Shown: positions 29,495 through 40,551 of the stretch, one piece after another
Position numbering within the stretch: the first letter of the stretch is position 1
Layout of the letters: every line of letters begins with the position of its first letter
DNA from: Microgenomates group bacterium GW2011_GWC1_46_15
Lineage (GTDB): Bacteria; Patescibacteriota; Microgenomatia; UBA1400; UBA12028
Reading direction: 5' to 3'
DNA length: 64,000 nt
NCBI GenBank assembly: GCA_001002285.1
Contig: LCLX01000001.1
Location: 128,030 to 192,029 of the forward strand
Notes under the pieces: generated by a model
Told to the model about the DNA's origin: nothing
Databases searched by the model: none
The model's input: the letters and a program-made list of their open reading frames with translations, nothing else
Position numbers and translations under genes: made by a program

Positions 29495-29977
29495 ATGGCA
29501 CGACAATCCAAAGCACTCAGACGCCGCCCCGTTGAAGGAGACGTGAAGTATAACTCAACAAAAGTAACAAAACTCATCAATCGTTGTATGAAAGATGGCG
29601 AAAAAGGTGTTGCGCTTCGCCAGGTATACGCGGCGCTTGATATTTTAAAAGAGAAAACACGCCGTGAGCCTCTCGAAGTATTTGAAGAAGTGATTCAGCG
29701 CGTGGCACCGGCGATGGAAGTCCGGTCACGCCGTGTTGGTGGCGCAGCCTACCAGGTTCCGACTCCCGTTCGTGGGTCTCGTGGATTTTCGCTCGCGATT
29801 CGTTGGCTAATTGAAGAAGCGCGCAAACGCTCTAACGCCACATATCACACATTTGGTGAAAAACTCGCGGCAGAAATGTTAGACTCATTGAAGAATGAAG
29901 GCGGTGCGGTTGCAAAGAAACTCTCGATGCATAGGACAGCAGAAGCGAATAAAGCATTTGCACATTTTAGGTGGTAA
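29495..29977 (+). CDS. rpsG: 30S ribosomal protein S7
   Basis: RRVGGAAYQVP, AEANKAFAHFRW. Confidence 0.98.
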   Translation: MARQSKALRRRPVEGDVKYNSTKVTKLINRCMKDGEKGVALRQVYAALDILKEKTRREPLEVFEEVIQRVAPAMEVRSRRVGGAAYQVPTPVRGSRGFSLAIRWLIEEARKRSNATYHTFGEKLAAEMLDSLKNEGGAVAKKLSMHRTAEANKAFAHFRW

Positions 29978-29979
29978 AT

Positions 29980-30300
29980 ATGAGTGGAGAACAAATAACA
30001 ATTGGTGAAGCAATCGATTTGGCTGAAAGAAAAGATAAGATGTTGCACAGAGAGATTGTCTCTTTAGTGTATGATCTTCTTGCAATGAGTCGGTTGCTTC
30101 CAGAAACGATACGGACACCAACTGGGTTTTTGACTTTTGATCAAGTTGGGATAGGAAATGAACTGCACGTTATAGTAAATAGATACAAAGAATGTTTGAG
30201 AGCTCCTAAATTAAAAGAGAGACTAGCTGAAGCGGCCGATCAAGAACAAGAACGCTTTGATGATTTAGTAGAAAGAATTCAAGCATTGAGGAGTGAATAA
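29980..30300 (+). CDS. Hypothetical helical protein inserted between rpsG and fusA
   Basis: ATG 2 nt after the rpsG stop; 106 aa; codon usage visibly differs from flanks. Confidence 0.6.
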   Translation: MSGEQITIGEAIDLAERKDKMLHREIVSLVYDLLAMSRLLPETIRTPTGFLTFDQVGIGNELHVIVNRYKECLRAPKLKERLAEAADQEQERFDDLVERIQALRSE

Positions 30301-30385
30301 GATCTGCCAGCACTATTATGTAGCAATGATGAAAAAATATCGTGATTTTTATATGTCCGCAACACAATAATTCAGAAATAAACTT

Positions 30386-32536
30386 ATGTCCCCTCCCACA
30401 ACCATTAAAACCACCAGCCGTGATGTCCCGCTCGATCGTATCCGTAACATCGGTATTATCGCGCACATTGATGCGGGTAAAACTACGACAACCGAGCGTA
30501 TTCTGTTTTACACGGGTAAATCATACAAAATCGGCGACATTGATGAAGGCAACACTCAGATGGACTGGATGGAGCAAGAGCGTGAGCGCGGTATTACGAT
30601 TGTATCTGCCGCAACAACCACGTTCTGGACGCCGGTGCTCGACACCGCTGTGCCACACGAAGCGTATCGTATCAACATTATCGACACCCCGGGACATGTA
30701 GATTTTACCGCAGAAGTTGAGCGCTCGCTCCGCGTTTTGGATGGCGGCATTACAGTATTGGATGGCGAAGAAGGCGTGCAATCGCAGTCTGAAACCGTAT
30801 GGCGTCAGGCAGATAAGTACAACGTTCCCCGTATTTGTTTTATCAATAAAATGGATAAACTTGGTGCGAACTTTGACCGTACGGTTGAAGATATCCGCAC
30901 AAAGTTTGGTGTAAAGCCGGCAGTGATGGCGCTTCCGATCGGTGTGGAGAACTCTTTCAAGGGCATTGTTTTAGTGCTTGACCGCAAGTCCATTATTTGG
31001 TCCGGTGATGAAACGGGTGCACACTATACCGTTGGCGACGTTCCCGCGGATATGAAAGATCAAGTTGAAGCTACGCGCGCAAAACTTGTAGAGCAAATTG
31101 CGGAAACCGATGACGCATTATTGGAAAAATTCTTTGCCGGTGAAACAATTGAACTCAATGTATTGAAAAAAACACTTCGCAAAGCCGTGATTGAGTACAA
31201 ACTCGTTCCGATTTTTTGTGGAAGCTCGCTCCGTAACAAAGGTGTTCAGCCGTTGTTGGACGCGGTCGTCGAGTATCTCCCTTCTCCAGTTGATATTAAA
31301 GAAATCCACGGAACCAATCCAAGAATCGATAAAGAAGAAGTCCGCAAGCTCGTGGCGGAAGAGCCATTTTGTGGATTGGCGTTTAAAATTCAAACGGATC
31401 CACACGTTGGCCGCATTACATACGTCCGAGTGTACTCAGGAAAACTGCAGTCTGGTTCGTACACATACAATGCAACAAAAGGTGAAAGAGAGCGCGTGGG
31501 CCGTCTTTTATTGATGCACGCCAACCAGCGTGAGGAAGTGAGCGAAACATTTTCCGGTGAAATCGTTGCGATTGTCGGATTAAAATCAACAAAAACCGGT
31601 GATACATTGTGTGATGAAGACCACCCAATTATTTTGGAAGGCATTTCGTTCGCCGAACCGGTTATCTCGCTTGCCATTGAACCAAAAACAAAGTCTGACC
31701 AAGAGCGCATGGGTATGGCATTGGGTAAGCTTGCTGAAGAAGACCCAACGTTCCGCATTAAAACAAATCAAGAAACGGGCCAAACCATTATCGCCGGTAT
31801 GGGTGAGTTGCACTTGGAAATCTTGGTTGACCGCATGAAGCGTGAGTTCAAAGTTGAAGCGAATGTTGGTGCTCCGCAGGTTGCGTACCGCGAAACAATC
31901 AAGAAAATTGCGATGGGTGAAGGAAAGTACATTAAGCAGTCCGGTGGCCGCGGACAGTATGGACACTGTTGGTTGCGTGTTGAGCCAAAGAACCGCGGTG
32001 AGGGATATGAGTGGGTGAGTGAGGTTAAAGGTGGAAATATTCCACGTGAGTTTATTCCCGCAATCGAAAAAGGTGTGAAAGAGTCATTAGAAAACGGTGT
32101 GCTTGCAGGATATCAGCTTGTAGACTTAAAAGTTATCGTAACCGACGGAAGTTATCACGAGGTTGACTCGTCCGAAATGGCATTTAAAATTGCTGGATCA
32201 ATGGCATTGCAGTCCGCGGTGAAACAAGCTGATCTTGTACTGCTCGAACCCATTATGCAGGTTGAAGTGACGACGCCATCCGAGTTCATGGGCGATGTGA
32301 TTGGTGACCTTTCCAGCAAGCGTGCGCAAATTCAAGGAAGTGATCAACGTGGAACTGCCGTGATCATTAAGGCTCTTGTTCCCTTGTCGGAAATGCAAGG
32401 CTATGTTACAATCTTGAGAAGCATGACACAGGGTCGTGCGAGTTCGGTGATGATTCCCAGCCATTACGACGAAGTTCCGCAAAGTATCGCGGCAGGGATT
32501 ATTGAAAAAAACAAACCGCAGGGTGGGAGAAATTAA
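30386..32536 (+). CDS. fusA: Elongation factor G
   Basis: [27 protein letters not shown]. Confidence 0.99.
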   Translation: MSPPTTIKTTSRDVPLDRIRNIGIIAHIDAGKTTTTERILFYTGKSYKIGDIDEGNTQMDWMEQERERGITIVSAATTTFWTPVLDTAVPHEAYRINIIDTPGHVDFTAEVERSLRVLDGGITVLDGEEGVQSQSETVWRQADKYNVPRICFINKMDKLGANFDRTVEDIRTKFGVKPAVMALPIGVENSFKGIVLVLDRKSIIWSGDETGAHYTVGDVPADMKDQVEATRAKLVEQIAETDDALLEKFFAGETIELNVLKKTLRKAVIEYKLVPIFCGSSLRNKGVQPLLDAVVEYLPSPVDIKEIHGTNPRIDKEEVRKLVAEEPFCGLAFKIQTDPHVGRITYVRVYSGKLQSGSYTYNATKGERERVGRLLLMHANQREEVSETFSGEIVAIVGLKSTKTGDTLCDEDHPIILEGISFAEPVISLAIEPKTKSDQERMGMALGKLAEEDPTFRIKTNQETGQTIIAGMGELHLEILVDRMKREFKVEANVGAPQVAYRETIKKIAMGEGKYIKQSGGRGQYGHCWLRVEPKNRGEGYEWVSEVKGGNIPREFIPAIEKGVKESLENGVLAGYQLVDLKVIVTDGSYHEVDSSEMAFKIAGSMALQSAVKQADLVLLEPIMQVEVTTPSEFMGDVIGDLSSKRAQIQGSDQRGTAVIIKALVPLSEMQGYVTILRSMTQGRASSVMIPSHYDEVPQSIAAGIIEKNKPQGGRN

Positions 32537-32539
32537 AGA

Positions 32540-32773
32540 ATGGATGTCCAAGAAAATATCGGGGATATATTGAGGAAAGTTTGGAGTGGGTATAATGTTC
32601 AGGAGTGGGCGCGAGCAAATCTGGAAAGGGAAGGAAAAATAACGTATTATACAATTGATGTCCCTGTAAAAGACTTAGAGACTATTCGGAAAAAAGCGCG
32701 GGAACTTAGAGTAGAACTTGGCACTCCACAGACCATGGGTAATGGGAAGTATCGTATATTAGTAGATATATAA
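32540..32773 (+). CDS. Hypothetical protein inserted between fusA and tuf
   Basis: 77-aa ORF fills the gap, 3 nt after the fusA stop. Confidence 0.55.
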   Translation: MDVQENIGDILRKVWSGYNVQEWARANLEREGKITYYTIDVPVKDLETIRKKARELRVELGTPQTMGNGKYRILVDI

Positions 32774-32783
32774 AGGAGACACT

Positions 32784-33971
32784 ATGGCAACATTCAAGCG
32801 AACAAAGCCACACGTTAACATCGGAACCATTGGTCACGTAGACCATGGGAAAACAACGCTGTCGTCAGCAATTACGACAACGCTCGCAGCCAAAATCGGC
32901 GGCGATACAAACAAGGCGATGAAGTACGATCAGATTGACAACTCACCGGAAGAGAAGGCGCGCGGCGTCACGATTAACATCTCGCACCTTGAGTACGAAA
33001 CAGCGAAGCGCCACTATGCGCACATCGACGCTCCAGGACACGCTGACTACATTAAGAACATGATTACGGGTGCCGCACAAATGGACGGCGCAATCCTTGT
33101 GGTTGCCGCAACCGATGGTCCAATGCCGCAAACCCGCGAGCACATTCTTTTGGCCAAGCAGGTGAACGTTCCACAGATTGTTGTCGCACTCAACAAGTGC
33201 GATATGGTGGACGACCCAGAGCTTCTTGACCTTGTCGAAACCGAAATTCGCGAGCTTTTGACCAAGTACAAATACGATGGTGAAAAGACCCCGATCATCC
33301 GCGTGTCCGCTCTCAAAGCGGCAGAAGGTGACGCGGCGGCACAAGATCAAATCATGAAGCTGATGGACGCGGTGGATACATACATCCCCGACCCAGTCCG
33401 TGACTTGGACAAGCCATTCCTCATGCCAGTCGAAGACGTCTTCTCTATCAAGGGCCGCGGAACCGTGGTCACGGGAAGAATCGAGCGCGGCGTGGTGAAA
33501 ATCAACGAAGAAATCGAGATTGTCGGTATCAAAGACACAAGAAAGTCTGTTGTTACCGGCGTCGAGATGTTCCGTAAACAGCTTGACCAGGGCCAGGCGG
33601 GAGACAATGTTGGAGTGCTTCTCCGCGGTGTTGAAAAAGACGACGTGGAACGTGGACAGGTGCTTGCGAAACCAGGCTCCGTGAAACCACACACCGACTT
33701 CGAGGCAGAGGTGTATATCCTCACCAAAGAAGAGGGTGGTCGCCACACGCCATTCTTCAAGGGCTACCGGCCGCAGTTCTACGTCCGCACAACGGACGTG
33801 ACAGGCGAAATCCAACTCCCAGAGGGTGTTGAGATGGTTATGCCTGGAGACAACGCCAAAATGACCGTGAAACTGATCGTTCCGGTTGCTATGGAAGAGG
33901 GTGTCCGCTTCGCTATCCGAGAAGGTGGTCACACCGTTGGCGCAGGGGTTATTACAAAAGTGTTGAAGTAA
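32784..33971 (+). CDS. tuf: Elongation factor Tu
   Basis: [31 protein letters not shown]. Confidence 0.99.
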   Translation: MATFKRTKPHVNIGTIGHVDHGKTTLSSAITTTLAAKIGGDTNKAMKYDQIDNSPEEKARGVTINISHLEYETAKRHYAHIDAPGHADYIKNMITGAAQMDGAILVVAATDGPMPQTREHILLAKQVNVPQIVVALNKCDMVDDPELLDLVETEIRELLTKYKYDGEKTPIIRVSALKAAEGDAAAQDQIMKLMDAVDTYIPDPVRDLDKPFLMPVEDVFSIKGRGTVVTGRIERGVVKINEEIEIVGIKDTRKSVVTGVEMFRKQLDQGQAGDNVGVLLRGVEKDDVERGQVLAKPGSVKPHTDFEAEVYILTKEEGGRHTPFFKGYRPQFYVRTTDVTGEIQLPEGVEMVMPGDNAKMTVKLIVPVAMEEGVRFAIREGGHTVGAGVITKVLK

Positions 33972-33995
33972 CCTTGCGATTGCATTGAAATTGAG

Positions 33996-34024
33996 ACGGC
34001 CTGCCAGATATGGTGGGCCGTTTT
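33996..34024 (+). terminator. Intrinsic terminator after tuf
   Basis: ACGGCCTGCCA-GATA-TGGTGGGCCGTTTT. Confidence 0.7.
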
Positions 34025-34301
34025 GGTAAGTAAGATTAAAAAAGGACTTGTTGCTCCATCAAAAAGAAGTGGAAAACTGAAGATGGTAAAACATTTACAA
34101 AACAGATTACAAACAAATCTTCTTTCTCAAGAAATTGAGTTGCATTTGAAAAATAACAGAATATTCAGCGTTGAAGAATTTTTCAAAAAAAATGATGGCG
34201 CTGTGGATTCATCGGCCAACAAGGACCAACCCACGCACTTCCATCACCAGAGATAGTACTACGGCTAGTTTTCTATGTCAACAACGCTCCCAACCCGCCT
34301 C

Positions 34302-34404
34302 TTGATCTCCTCAAGCGAATCTGGTACAATCTGTTTCTTGTCTGTGGGAAAAGCAATTTTCTCTAGACATTCGCACATTAACGGTTGTGAGTGAAAGGCG
34401 CACT
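34302..34404 (+). promoter_or_regulatory. S10 operon promoter and leader hairpins
   Basis: TTGATC-17-TACAAT with TG extension; TGTCTG TGGGAAAA-GCAA-TTTTCTC TAGACA hairpin. Confidence 0.6.
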
Positions 34405-34713
34405 ATGACTAAGGGTAAAATCCGTGTCAGATTAAAATCGTTTGACCATAGGGTCATAGATGATGCAGCCAAAAAGATCTTGGATACCGCACTTTCCACA
34501 GGAGCGAAAGTTGTAGGTCCGGTTCCTCTTCCGACAGAACGGAAGATCATAACCGTCCTTACTTCCCCGCACGTAGAAAAAAATGCTCAAGAGCATTTTC
34601 AAATTCTTACTCACAAACGCGTGATTGATATTATTGATCCGACCAGCAAGACGATTGATGCGTTGATGCACCTCGAACTGCCGGCCGGTGTTGGTATTCA
34701 GATCAAGATGTAA
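34405..34713 (+). CDS. rpsJ: 30S ribosomal protein S10
   Basis: [25 protein letters not shown]. Confidence 0.98.
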   Translation: MTKGKIRVRLKSFDHRVIDDAAKKILDTALSTGAKVVGPVPLPTERKIITVLTSPHVEKNAQEHFQILTHKRVIDIIDPTSKTIDALMHLELPAGVGIQIKM

Positions 34714-34716
34714 GGC

Positions 34717-35484
34717 ATGAATATGACAGGTGTATCGCTCTTTGCAATCAAACGGGAAACAAAACAAGCATGGACTGCGTCTGGTCTTCGGATCCCTGTC
34801 ACGGTGTTGTGTGCAAAAGATAACGTGTTTTTCTCTAAGACCGATACAGAACAATACCTTGCGTTTGGTACAAAAGACATTAAGTGCATGACGAAACCAG
34901 AAGCCGGCAATCTTAAGAAAGCCGGCCTTTTATCAGGTATTCGCATGATTCGCAAGGTATTTGGCGATTTTGGAGAACAACAAGTGGGGGGAGCAATTGC
35001 TCCTTCAAGTATTTTTACCCTTGGTGATGTTGTAAAAGTCACGGGAACATCAAAAGGGATGGGATTTGCGGGTGTGATGAAGCGCCATGGATTTAAAGGT
35101 GGGCCAAAGACGCACGGACAGTCCGACCGCGAAAGAGCTCCAGGTGCTTCGAGCTCCGGAACGCAACTTGGCCACGTGTGGAAAGGGAAAAAATTCCCTG
35201 GACGCGGTGGCAACAAAACAGTGTCAGTTGAGAATCTCCAAGTTGTCGCAGTAGATGATGTGACTGGTGAGATTTGGGTGAAGGGTGTTGTTCCAGGCGC
35301 AATTAATGGAACAGTGCAGATCACAAAAATAAACACAGGAAAGTTCGAAGGAATGTTTAAAAAAGCAGAGAAAGTTGAAACAAAACCTGTTGAAACAGAA
35401 CCAGCGAAAATTGAAGAAAAGACTGAAAAACCCATCAAGGTTGAAGCGAAAATTGAGGAAAAGAAAGTAGAAAAAGCAGAATGA
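34717..35484 (+). CDS. rplC: 50S ribosomal protein L3
   Basis: GTSKGMGFAGVMKRHGF, KGVVPGA; K/E-rich tail. Confidence 0.96.
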   Translation: MNMTGVSLFAIKRETKQAWTASGLRIPVTVLCAKDNVFFSKTDTEQYLAFGTKDIKCMTKPEAGNLKKAGLLSGIRMIRKVFGDFGEQQVGGAIAPSSIFTLGDVVKVTGTSKGMGFAGVMKRHGFKGGPKTHGQSDRERAPGASSSGTQLGHVWKGKKFPGRGGNKTVSVENLQVVAVDDVTGEIWVKGVVPGAINGTVQITKINTGKFEGMFKKAEKVETKPVETEPAKIEEKTEKPIKVEAKIEEKKVEKAE

Positions 35485-36272
35485 AACTACCAGTAGTCCA
35501 TATCGGTGGAAAACAAACAGAACTTGAAGTTTCGAAAGAAGTGTTTGGCGCAACTCCAAACGCGGACTTGCTTTCCCGCGCAATCTACATGTTTTTGTCG
35601 AGCCAACGCCAAGGAACAAGCAAAGTTAAAACACGCTCAGACATCAATAGAACAAAAAAGAAATGGTACAAGCAAAAAGGAACGGGTAATGCCCGGCACG
35701 GTGCGCGAACACCAAACATTTTTGTCGGTGGAGGTGTGTCGCACGGTCCAACGGGTAACCGAAACTGGACACGCGAGTTAACAAAACAGCAAAAGAAAAA
35801 AGCGATGGTCTACGCGCTCAGTACGAAGTATCCAGACATAATGATTGCTCCGGAACTCGAGTCGCTTGATGGAAAAACAAAAAAAGCGGATATCTTTGTC
35901 CGCTCTTTTGTTCCTGAAGCAAACCGTGTGCTTGTCATTTTGCATGAATCTATAACACCGGTGCTCCGCGCGATGCAAAACATTCAGCGCGTGTTGGTGA
36001 CACAAGCGAGCCGATTGAATATTTACGAACTTTTGCTTGCGGACAAAGTGCTTATGACAGAACAAGCCGTTCGTGTGCTCGAAAAAAGAGTGACAGGAGA
36101 TCGGGAAAAAGAAAACCCCGGTGTTGAAAAAGCGGTTGTTAAAAAGGCAGTGAAATCAGCAGTAAAACAAATAGCGAAGAAACCAACTGTAGCAGCCAAG
36201 GCAGCAGTTAAAAAAACAGTCAAAACACCAGCGAAAAAATCAGTGAAGAAAGTAGTAAAGAAAGCAAAGTAA
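35481..36272 (+). CDS. rplD: 50S ribosomal protein L4
   Basis: KQKGTGNARHG, GGGVSHGP; K/A-rich tail. Confidence 0.97.
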   Translation: MKLPVVHIGGKQTELEVSKEVFGATPNADLLSRAIYMFLSSQRQGTSKVKTRSDINRTKKKWYKQKGTGNARHGARTPNIFVGGGVSHGPTGNRNWTRELTKQQKKKAMVYALSTKYPDIMIAPELESLDGKTKKADIFVRSFVPEANRVLVILHESITPVLRAMQNIQRVLVTQASRLNIYELLLADKVLMTEQAVRVLEKRVTGDREKENPGVEKAVVKKAVKSAVKQIAKKPTVAAKAAVKKTVKTPAKKSVKKVVKKAK

Positions 36273-36273
36273 C

Positions 36274-36567
36274 ATGGGAACATACACAATCAAAAAACCA
36301 GTATTAACAGAAAAATCAATGATGATCGCACAAAAAAAGCGTGGATTCACATTCCTCGTGGAACTGTCTGCGACCAAAGGACAAATCGCGGAAGCAATCG
36401 AGAAAGCGTTTGATGTGAATGTTTTGCGCGTACGTACGGTAACAACAACGGGAAAAGTAAAGCGCCGTGGAGCAAAACGCGTTTCGGTCGCTCTTCCAAA
36501 AAAGAAAAAAGCGATCGTGACATTAAAAGAAGGACAGAGCATTTCTTTATTTGATGTACAGAAGTAA
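36274..36567 (+). CDS. rplW: 50S ribosomal protein L23
   Basis: PVLTEKS, KKAIVTLKEG. Confidence 0.96.
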   Translation: MGTYTIKKPVLTEKSMMIAQKKRGFTFLVELSATKGQIAEAIEKAFDVNVLRVRTVTTTGKVKRRGAKRVSVALPKKKKAIVTLKEGQSISLFDVQK

Positions 36568-36572
36568 CACAT

Positions 36573-37415
36573 ATGGCAATACGGACACTAAAAGCAACAT
36601 CACCAGGAACACGACACCAGATCAACATTGATCTGCGTGGTGTGTTGACCGCGGGCAAGCCAGAAAAGTCGCTTCTCGCGAAGGGAACATACAAGCGCCA
36701 GGGACGGAATAATCAAGGAAAAATAACGGTTCGCCATCGTGGCGGAGGGGTAAAACGAAAGTTGCGCATGATTGATTGGAAACGCAATAAACGTGATATG
36801 AAAGCAAGTGTAACAACGATTGAGTACGACCCAATGCGTACGGCAAACATCGCGCTTATTACATACGCAGACGGTGAGAAGCGATACATCATCGCTCCGG
36901 AAGGTTTGAAGGTTGGTGATGTTGTGATGAGTGGCGAGAAGGCAGAGCTTAAACCAGGAAACGCACTGCCACTTTCAATGATCCCAGTGGGTATGCCAAT
37001 CCACAATATTGAAATCCGGCCAGGAAAAGGCGCGCAGCTTGTGCGTTCGGCAGGTGGAGCAGCGCTCATCCAGTCAAAAGAGGGTGAGTTTACAACGCTC
37101 CAAATGCCATCAAAAGAAACACGGCTTATCCGGTCAATCTCGTACGCGACGATCGGGCAAATTGGCAATGTAGAATGGAAAACAGTATCATTCGGCAAGG
37201 CTGGACGCAGACGGCTCCTCGGATGGAGACCGGTTGTCCGCGGTACTGCGATGAACCCACGGAGTCATCCGCACGGAGGTGGAGAAGGCCGCTCAGGTAT
37301 TGGTATGAAGTCTGCAAAATCAATGTGGGGCAAGAGAATCCGCGGTGTGAAGACACGCAACAAGAAAAAGTATTCGAATACATTCATTACAAAAGACAGA
37401 AGAGTGAGGGCATAA
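36573..37415 (+). CDS. rplB: 50S ribosomal protein L2
   Basis: GRNNQGKITVRHRGGG, HPHGGGEG. Confidence 0.99.
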   Translation: MAIRTLKATSPGTRHQINIDLRGVLTAGKPEKSLLAKGTYKRQGRNNQGKITVRHRGGGVKRKLRMIDWKRNKRDMKASVTTIEYDPMRTANIALITYADGEKRYIIAPEGLKVGDVVMSGEKAELKPGNALPLSMIPVGMPIHNIEIRPGKGAQLVRSAGGAALIQSKEGEFTTLQMPSKETRLIRSISYATIGQIGNVEWKTVSFGKAGRRRLLGWRPVVRGTAMNPRSHPHGGGEGRSGIGMKSAKSMWGKRIRGVKTRNKKKYSNTFITKDRRVRA

Positions 37416-37418
37416 CAT

Positions 37419-37703
37419 ATGTCGAGAAGCAGTAAAAAAGGACCATACATCTACGAACGCCTCCTTAGCAAGGTGCTTAAGCAACAAGCATCCGGAAAAA
37501 AGGAAGCGATTAAAACGTGGGCGCGTTCCTCACAAGTTCCACCGGAATTTGTCGGACACACCTTTTTGGTCCACAACGGAAAAAAGTTTAACGAAGTATT
37601 CGTGACCGAGGCAATGGTTGGCCACAGACTTGGAGAGTTTTCTCCAACACGCACGTTCCATGGCCACGGAAGAATGGTGAAGCGTGTGTTGAGTAAGACA
37701 TAA
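37419..37703 (+). CDS. rpsS: 30S ribosomal protein S19
   Basis: [18 protein letters not shown]. Confidence 0.98.
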   Translation: MSRSSKKGPYIYERLLSKVLKQQASGKKEAIKTWARSSQVPPEFVGHTFLVHNGKKFNEVFVTEAMVGHRLGEFSPTRTFHGHGRMVKRVLSKT

Positions 37704-37737
37704 AACGCGCGCACAGTGCAAATGCGCAAAGGAATAT

Positions 37738-38265
37738 ATGATCATAAAAGCAGAACAAAAAAACAGCAGACAAACACCAACCCGCTTGCGCTTGGTCGCA
37801 AAAGCGGTGAAGCGTATGTCGGTCAAAGACGCGATGGATCAATTAACATTTATGAACAAAAAAGCCGCGAAAACAATGCTGCAGGTATTTAAGCAGGCTG
37901 TTGCGAACGCGACAAAAAATCTGGGACTGTCATACGAATCATTGACGATCAAAGACATTGTAGTGAACGAAGGTCCAAGATTTAAACGGTTCCGGCCGGT
38001 AAGCCGTGGACAAGCACACAGCATTTTGAAAAGAACATCGCACGTCCGCGTTGTGCTCGAATCAAAAGAAACAGAAATAAAGAAACCGGTTGCACAAAAG
38101 AAAACAGTAATGCCAGAGAAACAAGGAGAAACAAAACCAGTTGTTCAAGAAGGTGAAGTACTTGCGCGCAAGCCACAACAAACACCAATTATAGAAAAGA
38201 AAGTTTCGATGAAATCACAAACAACGACAAAAACAGTATCCGTAAGAAAAACAGGAGAACGCTAA
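37738..38265 (+). CDS. rplV: 50S ribosomal protein L22
   Basis: VNEGPRFKRFRP, KRTSHV; long C-terminal tail. Confidence 0.96.
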   Translation: MIIKAEQKNSRQTPTRLRLVAKAVKRMSVKDAMDQLTFMNKKAAKTMLQVFKQAVANATKNLGLSYESLTIKDIVVNEGPRFKRFRPVSRGQAHSILKRTSHVRVVLESKETEIKKPVAQKKTVMPEKQGETKPVVQEGEVLARKPQQTPIIEKKVSMKSQTTTKTVSVRKTGER

Positions 38266-38266
38266 C

Positions 38267-38926
38267 GTGGGACAGAAAGTAAATCCGATCAGTTTCCGTT
38301 TGGGTAACCTCTTTACCTGGGGTTCCCGCTGGTATGCTGATAAAAACACATACAAGAAATACTTGTTCGAAGATAAGAAAATCCGTGATTTCCTTGATCC
38401 AAAACTTCGGACAGCGGGACTTGTAAAAATCGAAATTGAACGCTCATTAAACGCGATCAAAGTGAAGTTGTTCGTTTCCCGGCCAGGCGTTGTGATTGGT
38501 CGCGGTGGCGCCAACCTCGATCTGCTCAAGCAAGACTTGGCGAAAGCATTGAAAGTCAACTTGAACGATCCAAAAGGAATGAAACTCGTGATTGACGACA
38601 TTGTTGAAGTGAAAGACCCGGACTTGAGCGCGCGTCTTGTCGCGGAACGCATTACCGATCAACTCGCGAAGCGTTTCCCGCACCGCACGGCGGTCAACCA
38701 GGCAATCCAGCGTTCGATGGATGCAGGGGCGAAAGGAATAAAGATTGTATTGGCGGGAAGAATTGGTGGAGCAGAAATCAGCCGCAGAGAGAAGTACAGC
38801 AAGGGAACGGTGCCAACACAAACCCTTCGTGGGAACATTGACTATTTTGAGTTGCCATCGAAAACAAAATCAGGATATGTTGGCGTAAAAGTGTGGATCT
38901 ATCGTGGACAGGAAGCGATGAGGTAG
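38267..38926 (+). CDS. rpsC: 30S ribosomal protein S3
   Basis: GQKVNP, RPGVVIGRGG, GRIGGAEI. Confidence 0.98.
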   Translation: MGQKVNPISFRLGNLFTWGSRWYADKNTYKKYLFEDKKIRDFLDPKLRTAGLVKIEIERSLNAIKVKLFVSRPGVVIGRGGANLDLLKQDLAKALKVNLNDPKGMKLVIDDIVEVKDPDLSARLVAERITDQLAKRFPHRTAVNQAIQRSMDAGAKGIKIVLAGRIGGAEISRREKYSKGTVPTQTLRGNIDYFELPSKTKSGYVGVKVWIYRGQEAMR

Positions 38927-38927
38927 T

Positions 38928-39335
38928 ATGTTGCAACCAAAAAAATCTAAATATCGAAAACAATTCCGCGGAAAGCGCTCGGGCACAGTCTCGAGTGGCA
39001 ACACCGTTGCGTTCGGTGAGTTTGGTTTGAAGGCCATGTCGGCGGGTTGGTTTTCGGCACGCCAGATTGAAGCCGCGCGTAAAACGATCAGCCATCACAC
39101 AAAACGCGCAGGAAAGTTGTGGATCCGCGTGTTTCCGGATAAACCAACAACCAAAAAAGGGCCGGGAGTAAAGATGGGCGCTGGAAAAGGCGACATTCAT
39201 CAGTACGTTGCGGTGATCCGCCCAGGCCGCATTTTGTTTGAACTCGGTGGGTTGAGTGAAGTAGAGGCGCGCGAAGCATTCCGTAAAGCCGCGCACAAAA
39301 TTGGAGTACGCACACACGTTGTCGTGAGAACATAA
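38928..39335 (+). CDS. rplP: 50S ribosomal protein L16
   Basis: MLQPKK, RVFPDKP, MGAGKG. Confidence 0.98.
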   Translation: MLQPKKSKYRKQFRGKRSGTVSSGNTVAFGEFGLKAMSAGWFSARQIEAARKTISHHTKRAGKLWIRVFPDKPTTKKGPGVKMGAGKGDIHQYVAVIRPGRILFELGGLSEVEAREAFRKAAHKIGVRTHVVVRT

Positions 39336-39355
39336 CACAGAGTGATAAGGAATAT

Positions 39356-39631
39356 ATGGCAGACACAAAAACAAAAATAAAAACAGTGAAGAAACCAACA
39401 GTAAAAAAGGCTGAAGTAAAAATCGACAAAAAAGTTGAGAAAAAAGTCGAAGCGAAAGTCGAAGTAAAAAATGGTCAAAAGACTGTTCAGACAATGCAGG
39501 AAGAGATTGTGAAAAAACGCATGGAGTTGCTCGCGGGTAAGTTAAAAGACGTCCGGTCTATCAGCAAGTTGCGGGACGAACTCGCGCGGTTCAAAACGGC
39601 CGAGCGTATGAAGGAGTTACAGAGTCTATGA
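39356..39631 (+). CDS. rpmC: 50S ribosomal protein L29 with K/E/V-rich N-terminus
   Basis: Operon position; [21 protein letters not shown]. Confidence 0.85.
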   Translation: MADTKTKIKTVKKPTVKKAEVKIDKKVEKKVEAKVEVKNGQKTVQTMQEEIVKKRMELLAGKLKDVRSISKLRDELARFKTAERMKELQSL

Positions 39632-39855
39632 AAATATTTACGGGTGTCGTTACATCAGCAAAGATGCCAAAGACAGTAACGGTAAAAGTAGAGCGTTTGT
39701 TTCCGCATCCAAAATATGGCAAGCGGATCAAAGTGACGAAAAAGTTTCTTTGCCACGATGAGGTCGGGGTAAAAGAAGGCGATGTGGTGACGATTCAAGA
39801 AACCCGCCCATTAAGCGCGAGAAAACGGTTTAAAGTTGTAAAGAAGGAAGTGTAA
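39628..39855 (+). CDS. rpsQ: 30S ribosomal protein S17
   Basis: [24 protein letters not shown]. Confidence 0.98.
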   Translation: MKIFTGVVTSAKMPKTVTVKVERLFPHPKYGKRIKVTKKFLCHDEVGVKEGDVVTIQETRPLSARKRFKVVKKEV

Positions 39856-40230
39856 ATGATTCAGTTACGGTCAGTGATTACATCAGCAGATAACACGGGG
39901 GCAAAAAGGCTCATGATTGTCCACGTCCACGGGGGATCAATCCGCCCGTACGGTTCGTTGGGCGACACCGTGACAGCGTCGGTTATTCAGGCAGCTCCGC
40001 AGGGTATGGTGAAAAAAGGCGAGATGGTGAAAGCGGTGATTGTGCGCACAAGAAAAGAAGTACGGAGAAAAGACGGAAGTTACATCCGGTTTGATGACAA
40101 TGCGGCAGTAATCATTCAAGATCTCGAAAATGGCGAACCAAAAGGAACGCGCGTGTTTGGTCCAATCGCCCGCGAGGTCAAAGAGGCCGGCTTTGCAAAA
40201 ATCGCTTCGTTGGCAAAGGAAGTCGTATAA
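39856..40230 (+). CDS. rplN: 50S ribosomal protein L14
   Basis: [22 protein letters not shown]. Confidence 0.98.
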   Translation: MIQLRSVITSADNTGAKRLMIVHVHGGSIRPYGSLGDTVTASVIQAAPQGMVKKGEMVKAVIVRTRKEVRRKDGSYIRFDDNAAVIIQDLENGEPKGTRVFGPIAREVKEAGFAKIASLAKEVV

Positions 40231-40239
40231 AGGATATCT

Positions 40240-40551
40240 ATGAAACTAAGAAAAAATGACATTGTGATCGTAACAGCAGGCAAAGACAAAGGGAAACAAG
40301 GAAAGATTCTTAGCGTTTTCCCAAAAGAAATGCAGGTCACCGTGGAAGGCGCGAATAAGTACACAAAGCACGTTCGTAAACAGGGCGAGCGCAGTGGTGA
40401 AAAAGTTGTCCGCGAACGCCCGCTCCCAACCGCGAACGTCGCGATCTACAATCCTACAACGAAAAAAGCGGACAGAGTTGCGTACATGATCGACAAACAG
40501 GGAAACAAAATCCGCATGTTTGCGAAAACAAAGAAAGCGATTGAATCATGA
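40240..40551 (+). CDS. rplX: 50S ribosomal protein L24
   Basis: GKDKGKQG KOW motif. Confidence 0.97.
   Translation: MKLRKNDIVIVTAGKDKGKQGKILSVFPKEMQVTVEGANKYTKHVRKQGERSGEKVVRERPLPTANVAIYNPTTKKADRVAYMIDKQGNKIRMFAKTKKAIES

Noticed and set aside
32943-33932. 329-aa antisense ORF over tuf, and similar ones over rpoBC, rpsE-rplO and rplM-rpsI
   Set aside because: Shadow ORFs produced by codon bias in highly expressed genes; no SD and no motifs.
34023-34256. 77-aa ORF after the tuf terminator
   Set aside because: TTG start inside the terminator U-tract with no SD; not listed as a feature and only mentioned as a possible orphan.
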